Notes: generated by a model from the letters alone, not told the origin. Numbered from the stretch's first letter, positions 40,302 through 53,050 are shown. The stretch: DNA of 64,000 nucleotides from an uncultured Acidobacteriota bacterium (GCA_963741905.1 CAVUJZ010000012.1:80758-144757); one strand, 5' to 3'. Program-made: numbers and translations.

Positions 40302-40875
40302 GGGGTCGGAGCAAAGAAGGCAAATTTGCATTCATCCCGTGTGTGCCGCCCCCTTCGGGGCTCACGGGAGGTTCCAGGACGCCATCCGGGCCCTCACTGG
40401 CCCGGCTGAACAAGGTTCCACCCTTCGGGCTCAGGCCTTCATCGCCAGGGCCGGATTTCTTACGCCGTCTCGTCGGCGGGAAGACGTGGCCGCAGCGGCT
40501 CGGCCTGGAATGTTCATTCGTCGTTCTCTTCGGAAGCGGGTTGCCCCTCACCCCGGCCCTCTCCCCGAAGTTCGTTCGCGCTTCGAGGGAACGGTTCGAC
40601 GGGGAGAGGGGGATCGCCTCGGGCGGGTTTCGCTTCGTGGAGCGCGCCCTCGGCGGCGGGACGCCGTCCTCCTCCGCTTCGCTACGGCGCGACAAGCCGG
40701 GGATCGGGCCAGCGGCCCGACCCCCACAGGCTCTTGGGGCCGGAGCTAAAAGTTCAAATTGGCATTCATCTCGTGTGTGCCGCCCCTTCGGGGCTCCGGA
40801 AGATTCGAAGACGCCATCCGGGCCCTCACGGGCCCGGCTAAACAAGGTTCCGCCCTTCGGGCTCAGACCTTCATC
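40302..40875. repeat. Two ~140-nt direct repeats (40302-40444, 40737-40875) that open with the MITE-type terminus
   Basis: GGGGTCGGAGCAAAGAAGGCAAATTTGCATTCATCCCGTGTGTGCCGCCCCCTTCGGGGCTC... versus GGGGCCGGAGCTAAAAGTTCAAATTGGCATTCATCTCGTGTGTGCCGCCCCTTCGGGGCTC... A CCCCTCTCCCCG...CGGGGAGAGGGG hairpin lies between them. Confidence 0.6.
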
Positions 40876-40899
40876 GGGCAATGCCCGTTTCCCTCCCCA

Positions 40900-40940
40900 C
40901 AGAGATGAAAGGCCTCCTGCCCGGGAGGGACAGGAGGCCT
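40900..40940 (-). terminator. Probable terminator of the RND operon
   Basis: 10-bp stem AGGCCTCCTG/CAGGAGGCCT, followed on the minus strand by TTTCATCTCT. Confidence 0.5.
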
Positions 40941-40960
40941 GGGGAGACTTCGGTCGTTGC

Positions 40961-43900
40961 GGCTTACTCGGCTGAGTAGGCGGCGGTGGGCGAGGTCTCG
41001 GGGCGGGGGATTCGCCTCCGGCGAGCCGGGAACGGAGCTTCTTCCAGATCGGCGCCTGGGCCCAGTCGTCGAAGATGCTGTACATCACCGGGGTTCCGAG
41101 CAGCGTGAGCAGAAGCACGAGCGTCTGCCCGCCGATGATGGTCGAGCCGATCGCGCGGTTGGTCCCCGCGCCGGCTCCGCTCGAGGCGACCAGCGGGATC
41201 ATGCCGGCGACGAAGGCCATGGTGGTCATCAGGATCGGCCGCAGGCGGTCGCGGTTCGCATGCATGATCGCATCGAGGCGGCTCATCCCCGCGCTCGCGC
41301 AGCTGGTTGGTGTGGTCGACCTGGAGGATCGAGTTCTTCTTCACGACGCCGAAGAGCACCAGGATGCCGAGCGAGCGAGAAGATGTTCAACGACTGGTTG
41401 AGCACCAGGATCGAGAGCAGCGCGAAGGGCAACCGTCAGAGGCAGCGACGATCAGAATGGTGATCGGGTGGATCCAGCTCTCGAACTGCGCCGCGAGAAT
41501 CAGGTACATGAAGATGATCGAGAGAATGAAGGCGAGCATGAAGTTCTTCGCCGCCTTCCCCTGCTCGCGCGAGCGGCCGGTGAGCCCGGAGGAGTAGTCC
41601 GCCGGGAGCTTCATCTGGTCGACCGTTTTCGCGATCTCGTCGAGCACCGCCTGGGACGAGTATCCCGGCAGCATGTTGGCCATGATCATCACCTGACGGC
41701 GGCGGTTGATCCGGTTGATCACCGAGGGACCGGTCCCCTCGTCGAGGGTGACGACGTCGGTCAGCGGAACCGTTCCGAGTTTCGACGAAGGCACCTCCAT
41801 CCGGCCGATCCGGGCGGCATCGTTCCGCTCACTCACCTCGGCGCGTGCATGCACCTCGTACTCCTCGCCGCCCTCGTAGTAGCTGGTGACGTACTGGCCG
41901 CCGACGAGCACATTGAGCGCGGTGGCGATGTCCTGAACCCGGACTCCGAGGTCGGCGGCCTTGTCCCGGTCGATGTGGACGCCGAGCTCCGGCTTTCCGA
42001 CGATGTAGTCGGTGTCGATGTCGGCCACACCCGGCACCTTGCCGGATTCTCTCCACGATCTTCTCCGAGTACTGATCGAGCTGTTCGAGGTCCGGACCGC
42101 CGAGCCAGAACATGATCTCGGCGTTGCGGCCCGCCGCCGAAGGTGTTGACCGGCGCGACCTGCGCCCGGAGGTTCAACTTCTCGTACTGCGGCAGAATCT
42201 CGGTCCGGACGCGCTGCATGATCTCGAACTGATCCTGATCGCGATCGCCGACATCCTTGAGGCTCACGTAAAGCGAACCGAGGTTGCGGGTCTTCTGAAA
42301 GTCGTCCCCGATGGTCAGAACGGTGGTCTTGACTCCCGGAAGCTCGCGGACGCGCTTGTCGATCGACTGCAGGATCGTCTCGGTGGTTCCCATGCTGGAC
42401 CCTTCCGGCGCGCGGACACTGATCGAGAACTGCGACTCGTCGTCCACCGGCAGGAAGTTCTTGTTGACCGCAATGAACAGCGGCACGGTCGAGAGGAACA
42501 CCAGCACCATGATGGTGACGATCACCCAGCGGTGGGCCATGGACCATTCGAGCATCTTCATGTACCGCCGCTCGAAGAACGAATAGAACCCGGTGTCCCG
42601 CGAGCCGCCGCCGTGGGCCAGATCCTTCCGGGTCAGCCAGCGCGACGAGAGCATCGGGGTGAGCGAAAAACTGACGACCAGCGACACGGCGATGGCGAAC
42701 GCCATGGTCACGCCGAACGAGTACATGAACCGTCCGACGATGCCTCCCATGAACGCAACCGGAAGAAAGACCGCGATCAGCGACAGACTGGTCGCCATGA
42801 CCGCCAGACCGACTTCCTTCGTGCCGGCGACCGCGGCCTGCATCGGGGTCATGTTCTTCTCTTCCATGAAGCGGAAGATGTTCTCCAGCACGACCACGGC
42901 GTCGTCGATGACGATCCCGACGGCGAGGGTCAGCGCCAGAAGTGACAGAACGTTCAGGGTGAAGCCCATCAGCTTCATCGCGGCGAACGTCGCGATCAGC
43001 GAAGAGGGAATCGCAATCGCCGCGATCAGCGTGGGCCGGAATCTCCGGAGGAAGAGCCAGACGATGAACGCCGCGAAGATGGCGCCGAGCAGAAGGTGCT
43101 CCTTCACCGCGTCCAGAGCGGAGTGAATGTAGGTGGACTGGTCACGGACCATCTCCATCTTCCATCCCGCCGGGAGGGTCGGCGCAACTTCATCGACCCG
43201 CTCCTTGATCGCATCGACCACCGCCACGGTGTTCGTTCCGGACTGTTTGAGCATCGACAGAACGACGGCCGGCTTTCCGCCCACCCGGGCGATGGACTCC
43301 GGCTCGGCGGTGCTGTCCTCGACGGTGGCCACGTCGCGGATCCGGATGGTCTCGCCATTGCGCTTCGCCACCGCGATGTCGCCGAACTCGGCAGGATGAT
43401 CGACCCGGCCGTAGGTGCGCAGCGAGAGCTCGCGGAGCGACTGCTCCACCCGTCCACCCGGGATCTGTACGTTCTGAGTCTTCAGGGCGGCGACCACATC
43501 GTTCGAGGTCAGCCCGAGGCTGGAGAGCTTGCCGGTATCCAGCACGATGTTGATCTGCCGTGGCTGGGCGCCGACCATGGTCACCTGACCTACGCCCGAG
43601 ACGGTCTCGAGGCGGCGGCGCAGAACCTTGTCGGCATACTCGGAGATCTCCCTCGACGAGGCCGGACCGGAGAGGGCGACGGCGAGCACCGGGACCGAAT
43701 CCGACTGGATCTTCTGAATGATCGGAGGATCGGCGTCGTCGGGGAGCTCACCGAGAATCGAGCTGACCCGGTCACGCACTTCCTGCGCGGCGACGTCCGG
43801 ATCCTTCTCCAGAACGAATCCGATGTTGACCACCGAGATGTTCTCCGAGGAGGTCGATCGAAGCTCGTCGATGCCACTGATGGTGTTGACCGCTTCCTCG

Positions 43901-44103
43901 ATCTTGTCGGTGATCTCGGTCTCCACCTCCTCCGGAGCGGCGCCCGGAAGCACGGTGGTGATGGTCACGAAGGGGAACTCGATTTTCGGAAACCGGTCCA
44001 CTCCGAGGCTGTAGTAGGAGAAGCCTCCGACGACCACCAGTGCCAGAACCAGCACGGAGGCGAAGACGGGGCGTCGAACACAAATTTCAGCGAGTTTCTG
44101 CAT
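40961..44103 (-). CDS. RND (AcrB/HAE1-type) efflux pump inner-membrane subunit, multiple apparent frameshifts
   Basis: N-terminal ~650 aa intact in ORF 41833..44103 ([29 protein letters not shown]). The rest is spread over ORFs 41829..42113, 41387..42547, 40964..41359 and 40240..41286 ([33 protein letters not shown]). Breaks cluster at ~42045-42125 and ~41285-41460. Confidence 0.85.
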
Positions 44104-44129
44104 GAGATCTCCAGTCGGTGAATCGGGGC

Positions 44130-45036
44130 TTACTGCATTCCTCCGTTCGCGGCGAGGGTGGTCTCGACGCGGGCGAAGAGCCCGGGACGGAGGCGGCCAT
44201 CCTGGTTCGGGAACTCGGCCTCGACGAACATGGTCCGGGAGGTGGGATCGATCACCCCTCCCACCGCGGTGACCTTGCCGGTGAAGGACTCTCCGGGATA
44301 GGGATCCACCTTTGCGCTGACGGTCTGTCCGGGATGGATCGGCGCGAGCATCCGTTCGGGCACGGTGAAGCGCAGCTTGAGCGGCGCGGTCTGGATCACC
44401 ACGAAGGCGACACCGGCCTCGCCGAGATGTTCACCAACGTCGGTTCTGCGCTCCGCGACCACCCCTTCGAGCGGGCGACCGGAGCACGACGTCCGCAAGG
44501 CGCTGACGTGCGATTCCCACCGCCGCTTCCGCCGACTGGCGGGCCGCGGTGGCCTGCTCCCAGGCGGACTGGGTCCGGTCGAAGAGCGACTGCGGGATGG
44601 AGTCCTTCGCCCGAAGCTCCTTCTTCCGGTCGAGCTCGCGGGATGCGTCGGCTTCGGCGGCGCGGGCACGAGCCAGTTCCGCCTCGGCGCGCTGCAGGTC
44701 GAGCCGGGCGTAATCGGTCTCGAGCTTCGCGAGAGGCTGCCCCCGATGAACCCGTGCTCCCTCGTCCACATAAACCTCGGCCACCCTTCCGGGAATCTTC
44801 GGAGCGACCTCGGATCGGGAGGGCGAGATGAACTCGCCGCTGGTCGCCCAGGTGCCGTTGGCTTCGGTGCCATTGGACGGAGTGGGCGCGTTTTCCGGGG
44901 TGACGGCCGCGGCGGCCACCGACTGCACGTCGTCCGGAAGATTCGCGTCGCCCTGAGGCTCTGTCGCGGTCTTCTTCGAGCAGGCCCCGGCGATCGTCGC
45001 CAGGGTCAGAATCAGAATGAATGAGAGTTGTTTCAC
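44130..45036 (-). CDS. RND membrane-fusion (periplasmic adaptor) protein, one apparent frameshift near 44470
   Basis: Lipobox LATIAGAC. GRVAEVYVDEGARVHRGQPLAKLE in ORF 44431..45036. C-terminal beta-barrel part (FTGKVTAVGGVIDPTSRTMFVEAEF) in ORF 44130..44873. GTG start overlaps the tolC stop (GTGA). Confidence 0.8.
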
Positions 45037-46361
45037 TGGGTTTCCTCCGTCATCAGGACAGGTTCGAGTGTTCCGGTGGCGTACCAGACGGACAGGCGCG
45101 CGAGATCGAGGTCGAGCTCGCCGGTGGCGACGGCCCGGCGGGCCTCCGCGAGGGAGGTTTCCGCCGATTCAAGATCGAGTGCGGTCGCCTCCTGCGCACG
45201 ATAGAGATCGAACATCTGCTGGTATTCGGCCTCACTCGCGGCGAGCTGGTCGCGGGCGAGATCGAGATTGGTCTGCGCGGTCTTCAGATGAATCAGCGAG
45301 AGATCGACCTGCTCCCGCACGCCCCGTTTCATTTCCTCCAGCGCGAGCGACGCCTGGGTTCTCTGCTGGGTGGCGATGGCCACCTGGTGTGCGATCTCGA
45401 AGCTGTCGAAGATCGGCAGGTGCAGGTTGAAGCTCAACGCTCCGTACTGGGGTGCCGGAAAATCCGAGGCCTGCGTGGTGTAAGTCGCATCGCTGGTGAT
45501 TACCGGCAGATATTTGCGCTTTTGCTTTTCCACTTCGATCTGGTTGAAGCGGAGATTCAGCTCGGCCTGACGGATCTCCGGCCGGGCTGAAAAGGCCTGA
45601 GCCAGAAGCGCGGGGCGCTCGGGGACTGCCGGCAGGCTCAGCGCGCCCGAGGCGACGGCCACCGGCTGATCCACGGCCAGGTCGATCCGGAGCTCGCTGG
45701 CGGCCGATTCCTTTGCCTGAACCGCGGCGGCGAGACGCCGTTCGGAGGCCTTGACGGCCGATTCGGCACGCAGAACATCGACCTTCGTCGATTCCCCGGC
45801 GTCGTAGAACGCCTTCGCCTGCTCGAGGCGTTTGCGGGCGAGCTCCACGTTCTGGGTCTCGACCGTGACCAGCGCGGCGCCCTGGATCACGCCAAGGTAG
45901 TCGGAGGTGGTCCGGAGCAGGACGCCCTGGCGGGTGCCGAGGGCCTGCTGGCGCGCAACGTTGATGCCGATGCCGGCCTGTTCCAGCGCCCGGGTGGCGC
46001 GTCCCCCGGAGTAGATCGGCTGGCTCAACTTGAGCTCGTAGCGCCAGCTCGTCGCCGGGAGAATGGTCGCGGCGTTGTCATCCGATCCGAACGTCACGGT
46101 CCGGTCGTTGAACGTGGTGCTGGCGTCGAGACCGAGGTGAGGAAGGACCGACGAGCGGAGCTGGCTTCTCTGCTGCTCGGCAACGTCGACACCGATCTCG
46201 GAGCGCTGGACGCTGATGTTTAGCCTCCAGCGCACGCTGGAGTGCCTGCTGAAGGGTGAAGGTGACCGGTGCGGGCGCCTCTTCCGCTCCGCTCTGAGCC
46301 AGAGCGGCGAGCGGCAGGGCAGCAGCATTCCGGCCAGAACCATACGCAGAGAACTTCTCAC
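45033..46361 (-). CDS. TolC-like outer-membrane efflux protein, two compensating frameshifts in the signal-peptide region
   Basis: Two OEP repeats. The N-terminus reads MVLAGMLLP|LAALAQSGAEEAPAPVTFTLQQALQRALEA|NISVQRSEIG only if the frame is switched at ~46315 and ~46225. Confidence 0.8.
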   Translation of the reverse strand: MRSSLRMVLAGMLLPCRSPLWLRAERKRRPHRSPSPFSRHSSVRWRLNISVQRSEIGVDVAEQQRSQLRSSVLPHLGLDASTTFNDRTVTFGSDDNAATILPATSWRYELKLSQPIYSGGRATRALEQAGIGINVARQQALGTRQGVLLRTTSDYLGVIQGAALVTVETQNVELARKRLEQAKAFYDAGESTKVDVLRAESAVKASERRLAAAVQAKESAASELRIDLAVDQPVAVASGALSLPAVPERPALLAQAFSARPEIRQAELNLRFNQIEVEKQKRKYLPVITSDATYTTQASDFPAPQYGALSFNLHLPIFDSFEIAHQVAIATQQRTQASLALEEMKRGVREQVDLSLIHLKTAQTNLDLARDQLAASEAEYQQMFDLYRAQEATALDLESAETSLAEARRAVATGELDLDLARLSVWYATGTLEPVLMTEETQ

Positions 46362-46986
46362 AAAGACTCCTCCTCTGTTTCCCGATTCCCTGAAGAACCA
46401 TCTGCACGAGCCAGTCGACCTCGCCCTCCAGCGGGGAAGGGGTCTGTTCGCCGACCCGCTGCACCGTGACCGCCACGATCCCCTCCTGGAGGAAGATGGC
46501 GAGACGGCTCGCATCGAGTTTTCTGATCTCGCGTTTCTTCATTGCCTCTTCGAGGAACGCAACCAGCCGTCCCATGTACTGCTGGTATTGAGGTCGCGAC
46601 GCACGATCGCAATGGGCGTGATGGCTGGCGGGCTCCCCGCTGAGTTTCGACGAGCGATAGATGTGAAAGAGATCCGCATGACTCTGGAAAAACTCCAGGT
46701 GCGCGCGCAGCAGAAGACGGAACCGCTCTTCGAAGGTCCCGGGCGCTTCGAGAGCGCCGGTGAGAGTCTCCAGGAGACGATCGAGCGATTCGTCGACGCT
46801 CGCCTCCAGCAACTCCTGCTGATTGCGGAAATAGAGATAGATCGTTCCCTTGGAGATGCCGGCTTCGTCGGCGATCTCCTGCATGCTCGCGCCAGACATC
46901 CCCTTGCGGGCGATGACCCGGATTGCGGCATCCCGGATGGTCTGGACGCGAAACGCCTCCACCACTTCTTCTTTGGATTGAGTCAT
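46355..46986 (-). CDS. TetR-family transcriptional regulator
   Basis: HTH ASMQEIADEAGISKGTIYLYF. The 3' end is inferred: adding one G to the G3 run near 46378 ends the frame at a TGA overlapping the tolC GTG (GTGA). Without that the frame runs on to 46078. Confidence 0.75.
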
Positions 46987-47085
46987 AGCCCTCGTACCGG
47001 TGGTTCAGTGATCTGACCGAGCGGTCAGTATGCACGACTCTACGGTCAGTGGGAACGAAAAGTTCCCGGTGAGGGGCAGGCGTAA

Positions 47086-48064
47086 CGGGATGTTTACATA
47101 TCGTGGCCGAATCATTCCGATGTTCGGCCATCGCTCCACTTGCCAATCAGCTCCGGCCCCCGCGCGAGGTCCGCCCGCAGCGTGACCAACACCGCCAGCT
47201 CCGTGGAACCCTCGACCCGAGCTCCGCCCTCACGCTCCGTCGCACCCTGGCCAAACATCAGAATGTTTGCCCACATCGTGGCCGAATCATTCCGATGTTC
47301 GGCCATCGCTCCACTTGCCAATCAGTTCCGGGCCCCGCGCGAGGTCCGCCCGCAGCGTGATCAACACCGCAGCTCCGTGGCACCCTCGACCCGAGTCCGC
47401 CCTCACGCTCCGTCGCACCCTGGCCAAACATCAGAATGTTTGCCCACATCGTGGCCGAATCATTCCGATGTTCGGCCATCGCTCCATTTGCCAATCAGTC
47501 CGGCCCCCGCGCGAGGTCCGCCCGCAGCGTGACCAACACCGCCAGCTCCGTGGCAGCCCTCGACCCGGCTCCGCCCTCACGCTCCGTGGCACCCTGGCCA
47601 AACATCAGAATGTTTGCCCACATCGTGGCCGAATCATTCCGATGTTCGGCCATCGCTCCACTTGCCAATCAGTTCCGGGCCCCGCGCGAAGATCGCCCGC
47701 AGCGCGAGCAACACCGCCAGCTCCTTGGCACCCTCGACCCCAGTGCCGCCGTCACCCTCCGTGGCACCCTGGCCAAACATCAGAATGTTTGCCCACGTAG
47801 CACCTGCCCACAACATCAGAACGTCTGCCCACATCGTGGCCGAATCATTCCGATGTTCGGCCATCGTTCCACTTGCCAATCAGTTCCGGCCCCCGCGCGA
47901 GGCCCGCCCGCAGCGTGAGCGACACCGCCAGCTCCGTGGCACCCTCGACCCCAAGTGCCGCCGTCGCCCTCCGTGGCACCCTGGCCAAACATCAGAATGT
48001 TTGCCCACGTAGCACCTGCCCACAACATCAGAATGTTTGCCCACATCGTGGCCGAATCATTCTG
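47086..48064. repeat. Tandem array of a ~175-nt unit, left block (about 5.5 units)
   Basis: Units start at 47086 (degenerate), 47259, 47432, 47606, 47781 and 47993. The conserved head is CAGAATGTTTGCCCACATCGTGGCCGAATCATTCCGATGTTCGGCCATCG, containing the hairpin GGCCGAA-N11-TTCGGCC. Confidence 0.9.
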
Positions 48065-49585
48065 ACGGTAAATCCTCAGTTGGGAAGCAGGGCTCGCAAG
48101 GGGTTGGTGCGCAGTCTCCAGGGTGAGGGCGAGTAGAAGTTGTTTGTTTCGAGTAACTCGGCGAACTGCGCCGCAGTTGAAGCGGTCATTGCGTCCAAGC
48201 GTGTGAGGATGCGCTGAAACTCGTCTCTCCAGCGCCCCTTCAACCCAAGTCGGAGCAGGATCTGTCGCCCCCGGGAGCCGACCAGCGCGCCGATGACGAG
48301 AATCCTGTTCCGGATCGTGCTCAGAGTCAGCGACGGATCCTGCAGTACGGTCGCCTTGAAAAAGGCGATCAGGTTGAATGTGAAGATGATCAGGCGGAAT
48401 GCGGCCTCGGTTCCTTCAAATTTTTTCAGACAAAATCCGTCCGCATTGAAGTCGTACTTGAGTTCCTTGATGCGGTTCTCGCAGTCCCCTCGCCCGTTGT
48501 AGAACCGCCACACCTGGACCGGATCGGTCGTCAGGCTCGTCACCATCGCACGGTATTCGTAGTCGATGATCTCGAACAGCCCGTTTTCCTTCCGCACGAT
48601 CCTGCGTCGGACGATCATCCGTCGCGGAGCGTCCCACTTGGACGACTGGTACATCGCTTCGGTGATCTCTTCATCGGTGCGGAGTCGTTGCCATCCATCC
48701 AGCCCGGCGCACCACTTCTTGAACGGCTTCGACATCTTCGCCACCACGACATAGGGCAGATTCAATGACTCGAACTTTCTGAGAAGCGCGTCCGAATAGA
48801 AGCCTGAGTCCGCTCGCACGGCCTCGATTTGAAACCCCGGAGGAATCCGCTCCCACAGCTCGCTCATGAACTCACAGACGCCTCGGTGTGGCGACGCGGC
48901 TCCGGATCGCATCCACGCATGCACGATCATCTTGGATTTGGACAGCATGGCCAGTAGGGGGTGGTGGGATCGCGCACCTGGACGAACCGGGTTGTATCCC
49001 TTGGTGCTCCCCTCCTGGTTCCCATGCCGTTGAAAGACTGTCGAGTCGAGGTCGAGAACGTCCCGCGACGTGATGTGGCTCAAAGCCTGGAATACCCACT
49101 GGCTCAGACACTCATGCAGGTGTTCTCCCTGGCTGGGAAGCAGGTTGCCCAGGTATCTCGTCACCGACGATGCAGAGCCGAACCGCTTCGCTCCCGCCGC
49201 TGCCCGCACCACCTCATCCTCGCGGATCCGCTCCACGTGTTCGAACCGTCGTCCGCCCATCAGCACTGTGAACATCAGTTGCACCATCATGTCCACGACC
49301 GGAACCTGATTCGGCGAGGTCCGCCCATCGGGCAAGGCGCGCCGAAGAAGCTCCCGCACTCCCAGCTTTTCCATTAACCGCCCGATGCTGACCAGCCCTC
49401 CCCACCCGCTGACCGGCTTCGTTGTGTACTCCACTCCCAGCTCGCTTGCTCTGCTATCATTCGTTCGCACCGTTCTGTCCCTACCTTCGCTTGTTTGTTT
49501 TTGATCCAAACGAATGATACCGAAGGAGTTCGGGGCGGTGCATCATCCTCTCTCCTCCTCCAACTGAGGATTTTCCGTCAGAATG
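48058..49585 (-). mobile_element. IS1380-family insertion sequence
   Basis: Inverted repeats CATTCTGACGG[T/A]AAATCCTCAGTTGG at both ends (25 of 26 bp match). The outer 7 nt also match the tandem-repeat unit, so the ends could be 48065/49578. One transposase ORF. Confidence 0.8.
48076..49509 (-). CDS. IS1380-family DDE transposase
   Basis: QEGSTKGYNPVRPGARSHHPLL and FYNGRGDCENRIKELKYDF match the family signatures (cf. ISEcp1 GASKGYNPKK / YYEKRGNAENYIKEAKYD). Confidence 0.85.
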   Translation of the reverse strand: MDQKQTSEGRDRTVRTNDSRASELGVEYTTKPVSGWGGLVSIGRLMEKLGVRELLRRALPDGRTSPNQVPVVDMMVQLMFTVLMGGRRFEHVERIREDEVVRAAAGAKRFGSASSVTRYLGNLLPSQGEHLHECLSQWVFQALSHITSRDVLDLDSTVFQRHGNQEGSTKGYNPVRPGARSHHPLLAMLSKSKMIVHAWMRSGAASPHRGVCEFMSELWERIPPGFQIEAVRADSGFYSDALLRKFESLNLPYVVVAKMSKPFKKWCAGLDGWQRLRTDEEITEAMYQSSKWDAPRRMIVRRRIVRKENGLFEIIDYEYRAMVTSLTTDPVQVWRFYNGRGDCENRIKELKYDFNADGFCLKKFEGTEAAFRLIIFTFNLIAFFKATVLQDPSLTLSTIRNRILVIGALVGSRGRQILLRLGLKGRWRDEFQRILTRLDAMTASTAAQFAELLETNNFYSPSPWRLRTNPLRALLPN

Positions 49586-50135
49586 TTTGCCCACATCGTG
49601 GCCGAATCATTCCGATGTTCGGCCATCGCTCCACTTGCCAATCAGTTCCGGCCCCCGCGCGAGGCTCGCCCGCAGCGTGAGCAACACCGCCAGCTCCATG
49701 GCACCCTCGAGCCCGAGTTGCCAACCCTCACGCTCCGTGGCACCCTGGCCAAACATCAGAATGTTTGCCCACATCGTGGCCGAATCATTCCGATGTTCGG
49801 CCATCGCTCCATTTGCCAATCAGTTCCGGCCCCCGCGCGAGGTCCGCCCGCAGCGTGAGCAACACCGCCAGCTCCGTGGAACCCTCGACCCAAGTTCCGC
49901 CCTCACGCTCCGTGGCACCCTGGCCAAACATCAGAATGTTTGCCCACATCGTGGCCGAATCATTCCGATGTTCGGCCATCGTTCCACTTGCCAATCAGTT
50001 CCGGCCCCCGCGCGAGTCTCGCCCGCAGCGTGAGCAATCCCACCAGCTCCGTGGCACCCTCGACCCCAAGTGCCACCGTCGCCCTCCGTGGCACCCTGGC
50101 CAAACATCAGAATGTTTGCCCACGTAGCTCGAACC
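49579..50135. repeat. Tandem array of the ~175-nt unit, right block (3 units plus a partial)
   Basis: Units start at 49579, 49757, 49932 and 50108 (partial). Same unit as 47086..48064. Confidence 0.9.
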
Positions 50136-50314
50136 AGGGGCCGCTTCCCAACTGAGATACCGTCGGAATCCTGATCCACAGCCGGGAACAAGGGCATGGG
50201 TCGTGCTGTTGAGTAAAGCGTACCGTTGTGGTACTGTTTCCCGCCCTTCGTCCGGGATGGCCTGGCGACGCCCTCAGGTGCACGGTTCGTGGACCACAAC
50301 CAACGGAACAGACG

Positions 50315-50793
50315 ATGCTCAAGATCTCACGACTCACAGACTACGGACTTCTCGCCAGCGTCTATCTCGCCCGCAAGACGGGAGAGGTGGTCGCATCGCG
50401 GGAGATCGCGGAGTTCTATGCGCTTCCGCTTCCGATGGTGTCGAAGGTGCTGAAGGTTCTCCAGGAGGGGAACATGATCAGCTCGCACCGGGGAGTCGGG
50501 GGAGGCTATTCCTTCGACGCAGATCCGGAGTCGATCAGCCTCGGTGATCTTCTGGCGGTTCTGGAAGGTCCGTGGGATCTGGTGGAGTGCGAGACTCTGG
50601 ACGAGGCGGGACATGCGGTCTGTACGATCCGGTCCTGCTGCCCGTCCCGCAGCTTCATGTTCGGAATCAACCGGGCGATCAAGCACGGATTCGACAAGAT
50701 TACTCTCGGCGACCTGGCCCGCGGCGTGAGCCCCGAGGTCTGGTCGATCGGCGACGGCGCGGTGCCGTCCGAACCCACGGAGGAGATGCAGGT

Positions 50794-50797
<4 letters not shown>
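50315..50797 (+). CDS. Rrf2-family transcriptional regulator (IscR/SufR-like)
   Basis: MLKISRLTDYGLLASVYLA, LPMVSKVLKVLQEGNMISSHRGVGGGY. Cys cluster CTIRSCC. Confidence 0.85.
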
Positions 50798-52241
<1,444 letters not shown>

Positions 52242-52288
52242 GCGGACCGCCCCGCCCACGAACGAAGAAAGAAGGAAGACGAAGTCTG

Positions 52289-53046
<758 letters not shown>

Positions 53047-53050
<4 letters not shown>

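Noticed and set aside
40240-40960. C-terminal extension of the RND pump ORF through the repeat region
   Set aside because: The pump's conserved sequence ends near 41000. A terminator-like hairpin lies at 40900-40940, and the extension consists of translated repeats.
47086-50135. Possible CRISPR array or rRNA/tRNA-like repeats
   Set aside because: Units are contiguous and homologous along their full length, with variation by point substitution rather than by spacer replacement. No cas genes and no tRNA cloverleaf.
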